In this document: positions 5,938 through 10,673 of the stretch, in pieces
How positions within the stretch are numbered: position 1 is the stretch's first letter
Layout of the letters: every line of letters begins with the position of its first letter
Assembly (NCBI GenBank): GCA_046757025.1
Contig: JBHHXN010000179.1
Span: 1-10,673 of the forward strand
DNA: 10,673 nucleotides
Origin: a bacterium
GTDB taxonomy: Bacteria > Zhuqueibacterota > Zhuqueibacteria > Oceanimicrobiales > Oceanimicrobiaceae
Direction: 5' to 3'
Position numbers and translations under genes: made by a program
Notes under the pieces: generated by a model
Databases searched by the model: none
Told to the model about the DNA's origin: nothing
Seen by the model: the letters and a program-made list of their open reading frames with translations, nothing else

Positions 5938-7173
5938 ATGAAATTTTCACTACGCACGATCTTACCAATTTTGATAATCAGTTTCACAGGTGTCTCCAGT
6001 CTGCTTGCCAACGATAAAGTGCTCAACAAAAGCGTTCAGAAAAAAATTATTCGGGACATTTACAAATTTCAGAAACGCCATCGCCTGACCTCATTGAGTT
6101 TTTCCATATTTCGCGGTCATCACGAAAAATTCAGCTTTGCAGTCGGCTACGCGGATGCCAACAGAAAAATCAGAGCCACACCGGAGCACATCTATACATT
6201 GGCATCTGTGACCAAATGCATCACCGGCGTGGTCATCGTGGAGCTGGTCAGCCGCAACGTCCTATCCCTGTCCGACTCGGTTTACAAATACATCGCAGGG
6301 TTTCCGAAAGAAATTACCGTGCTGGACCTGTTAAATCACACCAGCGGATTTATCCGAGAAAATGAAAACGAGCATTATTTGACCGGTTCCAGCTATCAGA
6401 ACGTGGTGGATTATTTGCCGCGTCGCTACAAACGCCGGAAAAAGCATCGGTACGCCAATATCAACTATGCCGCGCTGGGAGCGCTCATCGAAAAGCTCAC
6501 AAAAAATCCTTTTAAAAACGTAGCCAATTACTATTTCAAGATCAAAACCGGAGACGATCTGTATTTTTCAAATCACACGGCCAATTCGGACAATCCCCTG
6601 TTTACAAAAAATTACGTTCGACGCTATCGCAAGCAGTATCTGCACAAGCCGGTGAATTTTGGGCTGTGGGAGCCCGCCGCGTTTGCGCAGGCTTCCTCGA
6701 AATCGCTGGCGAAGTTTCTCCGCCATTACATGACGCCCGATTTTATCTCGTTCCTCTCGTCGCATGCTGCGGTGATCAAAACTCGCACTTACTACAGCGG
6801 CAAAAAAGTGAAGGATTGCTACGCATTTGGTTTCAGATTGCGCTTTGTAAACAATGAATTAAAGTATGTTTACCACAATGGGTTTATTTACGGTGTGTTG
6901 AGTACGTTCTATTATTTTCCGCAAAAAGACGTGGGATTTGTGGCCCTGTCTAATATGAGCTCATACCCCAAACGTACCCTGACTTTGAGCGGTGTCTATA
7001 AGATCATCGAAAAGATCATGGATGCTGAACTAAAGGATGAAGTCGCTGAACAGACCGTGAGAGAAACTCAGCAGAGGGGCTTGGCAAGGCAGCATACCCA
7101 CATCGAGCATATAAAACGACCGCCGTCCATCGAAGCACAGGCCGATGAAAATCTGAACCAACAACCTCAGTAG
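5938..7173 (+). CDS. Secreted serine hydrolase, beta-lactamase class C / penicillin-binding-protein-like family
   Basis: Motifs SxxK (LASVTK), LLNHTSG, YxN (YANINYAALG), YHNG and VALSN. ATG 5938 gives a Sec signal peptide MKFSLRTILPILIISFTGVSSLLA. Confidence 0.85.
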   Translation: MKFSLRTILPILIISFTGVSSLLANDKVLNKSVQKKIIRDIYKFQKRHRLTSLSFSIFRGHHEKFSFAVGYADANRKIRATPEHIYTLASVTKCITGVVIVELVSRNVLSLSDSVYKYIAGFPKEITVLDLLNHTSGFIRENENEHYLTGSSYQNVVDYLPRRYKRRKKHRYANINYAALGALIEKLTKNPFKNVANYYFKIKTGDDLYFSNHTANSDNPLFTKNYVRRYRKQYLHKPVNFGLWEPAAFAQASSKSLAKFLRHYMTPDFISFLSSHAAVIKTRTYYSGKKVKDCYAFGFRLRFVNNELKYVYHNGFIYGVLSTFYYFPQKDVGFVALSNMSSYPKRTLTLSGVYKIIEKIMDAELKDEVAEQTVRETQQRGLARQHTHIEHIKRPPSIEAQADENLNQQPQ

Positions 7174-7320
7174 GTGGCGTTCATACCCGACCTATCGCAC
7201 TTCGAAATTTCTACGAAATTGAAAGCCGCTCACGAAAAATTCCGCTGAACCGTTTTCAAACAAATCATTTGTGACCAAATCCAATTCTTCAATTAATTGC
7301 GAGGCACCGCAACTTTTCAC

Positions 7321-7349
7321 TTGATTTTAACCGAGAAAATGCCTTTAAT
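7321..7349 (+). promoter_or_regulatory. Candidate sigma70-type promoter
   Basis: TTGATT, 17 nt, TTTAAT, about 120 nt upstream of 7470. Confidence 0.4.
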
Positions 7350-7469
7350 TTAAAAGGGTTGTTTTATTCACTTCTCCATGATTTATTGCATTCATATCTC
7401 AACCACCCTGAAAACAACTAACAGTCTGAATTCATTAAATTAGTCTAACTTAAATCCAAAGGCATAAAT

Positions 7470-8207
7470 ATGATCGAGAAACTGATTTCTCTGGCAGGAC
7501 GAATGGAATTGGGATTTGATCCGGGCATATTGTATTCCATACTGGGCGTGGTCGGTGCCATGCCGCTTTGTCTGCTGGTGGCGAGTCTGCGGGGGGAAAC
7601 TCTGGAAAAGGCTCGCAAGCTTACCTTTTCTTTCATCGAAACCTGGGGTGGATTTGCCCCAAAAGGATTGCGTGGCTGGATTACCTTATCGCTGGGCTCC
7701 ACAGTGGGTTTTGCACTGCTTTGGGGATTGGCACAAACATTAAATACCCTGGGTAAGGATATCGTGCCCTATACCTCGGCGGCGTTTCATCATTTTGGCA
7801 AAATGAACACCGCCTGGTCGGTTGAAAACTGGCACGAGTGGGAAGCGTTTCTGCGGGAAATCCGCAGGCATTATAACTGCAAACACCCGGAACATGATCT
7901 CATGGTAAACCGGCAGACTTTTTACATTTTTAAATCTTCCATTGGGGCTACCGCCGTCCGCGCCATGCGCACGTTATTCATGTTCTCTGTCCTGTTATTT
8001 TTTGCTGGTTTATTTGACCTGCGCAACAAGAAATTTCGCAAGCGCGGAATGGCTGCTTTGATGGTGGCGATTTTTGCTGCCGCTGCGTTTACCTTCACCT
8101 GGTCTGCTCGCCAGGAAAGCTACGTCAGCGAGGCTTTCCTGGTCAACAACGATCTCGGTGAAGATTGTCAGGCAAATGAGCCGGAGTCACATTTAGCTTA
8201 TAAATGA
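7470..8207 (+). CDS. Hypothetical integral membrane protein (~4 TM)
   Basis: 245-aa ORF with hydrophobic segments ILYSILGVVGAMPLCLLVASL, WITLSLGSTVGFALLWGLA, TLFMFSVLLFFAGLF and GMAALMVAIFAAAAFTFTW. No family recognised. The start could be 7470 or 7503. Confidence 0.75.
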   Translation: MIEKLISLAGRMELGFDPGILYSILGVVGAMPLCLLVASLRGETLEKARKLTFSFIETWGGFAPKGLRGWITLSLGSTVGFALLWGLAQTLNTLGKDIVPYTSAAFHHFGKMNTAWSVENWHEWEAFLREIRRHYNCKHPEHDLMVNRQTFYIFKSSIGATAVRAMRTLFMFSVLLFFAGLFDLRNKKFRKRGMAALMVAIFAAAAFTFTWSARQESYVSEAFLVNNDLGEDCQANEPESHLAYK

Positions 8208-8325
8208 GTGTCTTTGCCGGCCGCCCTTCCAATCTCTACAATTATTGAATCGGCAGGAAGTGGTCAAACACCTGACAACCGGTCTTACCAGGAGAAATTT
8301 GCGCCAATTCCCTATTTGAAGTCTC

Positions 8326-8354
8326 TTGACTATCTTCAGCAATTGTATTAAATT
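8326..8354 (+). promoter_or_regulatory. Candidate sigma70-type promoter of surE
   Basis: TTGACT, 17 nt, TAAATT, 30 nt upstream of ATG 8384. Confidence 0.55.
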
Positions 8355-8383
8355 GCAAGCCACACAATTTAAGGACGGCATCC

Positions 8384-9193
8384 ATGAAAACACCCACCAT
8401 ATTTGTCAGCAACGACGACGGCATTCATTCTCCAGGTTTGCGGGCAGCGGTGGAAGCCGCCATGCAGTTCGGCAAAGTGCTGGTGGTGGCGCCTACCAAA
8501 CAGGGATCGAGCATGGGGCGTTGTTTACGTGGCCCCAAAGACGCCCGTTTAATTCCCATTGAATACCACGTAAACAGCAGAAACCTCAAAGCCTATCATT
8601 GCGAGTGTTCGCCGGCTCTGGCCGTGAAGCACGGTCTGGATGTGCTGTGCCGACAGCGCTTGCCCGATCTGGTTATCTCCGGCATAAATTACGGCGAAAA
8701 TCTTGGTGTGAATATCACACACTCGGGTACAGTGGGCGCGGCGCTGCAAGCCGCCAGCAAAGGCATTCCTGCTCTGGCGGTTTCGCTGCAAACGGAATTT
8801 CAATACCATTTCAAATACGGTGAGCTCGACTGGAGTGCGGCAAAATACTTTCTGTCGCATTTCATAAAAGTTTTACTGGCCAAACAACTGCCATTCGATG
8901 TGGAGGTCTTGAAAATCGACATCCCAAAATACGCCACCCCTGAAACGCCCTGGCGCATGACCCGCCTGGCGCGCCAGACCTACTACGCCACCTACCTTGA
9001 AAATCCTTCAGTGCAGAGCAAAATTGGCGATATAAAATTAAAAATCGACCTAGATGAATCGGCGCTGGAACCGGACTCCGACATTCGCGCGCTCAAACTG
9101 GACAAAGTGGTGTCGGTGACGCCGCTCAGTCAGGATTTGACTTCCAGAATTGATTTTCAATCGCTAAAATCGTATTTTGAAAGAATTGAATGA
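8384..9193 (+). CDS. surE: 5'/3'-nucleotidase SurE
   Basis: Motifs VSNDDGIHSPGL, VVAP, PDLVISGINYGENLG, SGTVGAA, GIPALAVSL and C-terminal VSVTPL. RBS AAGGA at 8371-8375. Confidence 0.95.
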   Translation: MKTPTIFVSNDDGIHSPGLRAAVEAAMQFGKVLVVAPTKQGSSMGRCLRGPKDARLIPIEYHVNSRNLKAYHCECSPALAVKHGLDVLCRQRLPDLVISGINYGENLGVNITHSGTVGAALQAASKGIPALAVSLQTEFQYHFKYGELDWSAAKYFLSHFIKVLLAKQLPFDVEVLKIDIPKYATPETPWRMTRLARQTYYATYLENPSVQSKIGDIKLKIDLDESALEPDSDIRALKLDKVVSVTPLSQDLTSRIDFQSLKSYFERIE

Positions 9194-9216
9194 ACCCACG
9201 GCAGGAATAGCCTAAT

Positions 9217-9699
9217 TTGAAAAGAATCACCCTCATCCGGCACGCCAAAGCGAGCTGGCACGACCCGAACCGATCCGACTTTGAGAGAACACTAAACCTC
9301 CGCGGAATGCGCGACGCATCTGAAATGGGGCAGCGGCTGGCGCTCCGCTCGATCTACCCGGATCGAATCATTTCGAGTCCCGCCACTCGCGCCATGCAGA
9401 CCGCTGAGCTGATTGCCAGAGAAATAGGTTATCCGATCGAGCAGATCACACAACGCACCAACGTTTACGAAGCTCACTTCACCGATTTGCTGGCGATCAT
9501 TCATCGTGTGGATGCAAGGTTCAAGCACGTCATGCTTATCGGGCACAACCCGGCCCTAACCGATTTGTGTGATCATCTGGCAGAAAACTCCATCGAAAGC
9601 CTGCTCCCCTGTGGCATTTTTTGTTTGGAATTTGATGTTCAATCCTGGAGCGAGATTGCTCGCGAAACAGGCGTGGTGGTTTTTCACGATCAACCATAA
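9217..9699 (+). CDS. sixA: Histidine phosphatase superfamily protein, SixA-like phosphohistidine phosphatase
   Basis: Motifs LIRHAKASW, DFERTLNLRG, SSPATRAMQTA and LIGHNP. TTG start with AGGA upstream, 23 nt after the surE stop. Confidence 0.88.
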   Translation: MKRITLIRHAKASWHDPNRSDFERTLNLRGMRDASEMGQRLALRSIYPDRIISSPATRAMQTAELIAREIGYPIEQITQRTNVYEAHFTDLLAIIHRVDARFKHVMLIGHNPALTDLCDHLAENSIESLLPCGIFCLEFDVQSWSEIARETGVVVFHDQP

Positions 9700-9834
9700 A
9701 ACAAGTCAAACAAAATGGCATGGATATTCACCACAGAAGATGCTCTTTCCCCTTCAGAATGAAGTAAAATTTTTGTTGTCAACAGAAGCACGCCGCTTGA
9801 TTAAACTTTTGCGTTTTTTTAAAACTCATTCCCC

Positions 9835-10344
9835 TTAAAAAAACCGAATCGATAGCGGATAACGATAGTCCTGCTCCAAAGCAACTTTAATAGTGTTGAT
9901 TATTGCGACAAAAAAAATAAAAATACCCAAGGCCGGTAAAATGAGTAGACCTATGACCACAAACACCAGCATGGATGCCGCAAACAGGTAAATCGACATA
10001 CTGATTTGAAAATTTAAAACGTCGATTCCGTGACTCTCAATTTCCGGCAATTCATCTCTTTTCCAAATCCAAATAATTAAAGGAATGATGACGATGGGAA
10101 TCACGCTGCTCAGGTGCATGAGCAAAAGCCAGGGATTGGAATCGGCTTGCCCTTCGGAATTCAATTCAAACTCCAGGACTTCTGACAACAATTTTAAAGT
10201 GGATAGCCGCGGCGTCACTTCGCCGGATTCAACTCGTTGAATACTGCGTACATTCAAGCGACTACGGTAGGCCAGCTCTTCCTGGGTGAAACCACGCTGT
10301 TTTCTGAGCTCGGTTATTTTTCTGCCAAGTTCGGGTTGTTTCAC
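9835..10344 (-). CDS. XRE-family HTH fused to a DUF4870 membrane domain (membrane-anchored regulator)
   Basis: N-terminal LRKQRGFTQEELA...VRSIQRVESGEVTPR (HTH_3). C-terminal LMHLS...PLIIWIWKRD...HG...LNFQIS...YRYPLSIRF (DUF4870 signature). GTG start with GGAG at 10350-10353. Confidence 0.9.
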   Translation of the reverse strand: MKQPELGRKITELRKQRGFTQEELAYRSRLNVRSIQRVESGEVTPRLSTLKLLSEVLEFELNSEGQADSNPWLLLMHLSSVIPIVIIPLIIWIWKRDELPEIESHGIDVLNFQISMSIYLFAASMLVFVVIGLLILPALGIFIFFVAIINTIKVALEQDYRYPLSIRFF

Positions 10345-10384
10345 AATTTCTCCAATCGAAAGTTATTCAAATTCTTTTTTGAAT

Positions 10385-10413
10385 AAAATAACCAAGAAAA
10401 ATCGATTTGTCAA
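10385..10413 (-). promoter_or_regulatory. Candidate sigma70-type promoter of the HTH-DUF4870 gene
   Basis: Minus strand TTGACA (10413-10408), 17 nt, TATTTT (10390-10385). Confidence 0.65.
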
Positions 10414-10419
10414 CTGCTC

Positions 10420-10441
10420 TTACGCGGCATTTACACGACAT
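10420..10441. promoter_or_regulatory. 11-bp tandem direct repeat, candidate operator
   Basis: TTACGCGGCAT / TTACACGACAT (9/11 identical, one helical turn apart), adjacent to the -35 box. Confidence 0.45.
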
Positions 10442-10548
10442 TTGAGGATGAATTGCTTCATTCCCACCCCATTTTTTGCAGATCCTGCATGTAATTATTT
10501 TTCAAGCTTCGTAGAATGCGTCAATTGGAAGAAATGGCTGGTAGCGTT

Positions 10549-10616
10549 GTCTTTCTGAGTGAAGCGAAGAACCTCCAATCAAATGGTAGAATAAATAGAT
10601 AGAGATTCTTCACTTC
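10549..10616. repeat. GTC-tagged REP-like palindromic repeat (GTCATTCTGAG type), right end truncated
   Basis: GTCTTTCTGAGTGAAGCGAAGAACCTC...GAGATTCTTCACTTC. Stem 10561-10575 / 10602-10616 pairs 13/15. Its start resembles the reverse complement of TTCAGAATGAC at 3266-3276. Confidence 0.7.
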
Positions 10617-10673
10617 TCGAGTCAATACCTTTTTTAGTTGAAATTCGATGGTCCCCCGTTTGGTTTAAGCAGC

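Noticed and set aside
5938..7173. Calling the gene an ampC resistance determinant
   Set aside because: It has HNG rather than the KTG triad and no AmpC-specific signatures. The family includes many esterases and peptidases.
7196..7320. CGAAATT repeats and the small hairpin TTGCG-AGGCAC-CGCAA
   Set aside because: Too short and irregular to separate from chance. At most a weak terminator.
10286..10558. 90-aa plus-strand ORF as the regulator's divergent target
   Set aside because: It overlaps the HTH gene start and promoter, has no RBS, and has non-coding-like composition.
1..10673. CRISPR array, integron attC array or defence island
   Set aside because: No regularly spaced direct repeats. 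The palindromes lack consistent RYYYAAC/GTTRRRY ends. No cas, integrase, nuclease or methylase genes are present.

Overview
Bacterial chromosomal segment with GC-richer coding regions and AT-rich spacers. It holds nine credible CDSs: PepD-type M20 dipeptidase (-), lipoprotein cyclophilin (+), DUF4097-like beta-repeat lipoprotein (-), a divergent uncharacterised lipoprotein with a candidate sigma54 promoter (+), a secreted SxxK serine hydrolase (+), a 4-TM unknown protein (+), surE and a SixA-type phosphatase (+), and an XRE-HTH/DUF4870 membrane regulator (-). I see no rRNA, tRNA, CRISPR array, transposase or defence cluster. The most unusual signals are non-coding. A 131-bp MITE-like element (66-196) has terminal inverted repeats, TAATTA flanks and a 28-bp internal hairpin. 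A ~310-bp TIR-bounded element (3053-3364) contains nested GTCAT...ATGAC palindromic repeats, and a related repeat lies at 10549-10616. There is also a sigma54/enhancer-like promoter and an 11-bp tandem operator-like repeat. I cannot support a claim of a complete new multi-gene system; the findings are leads.
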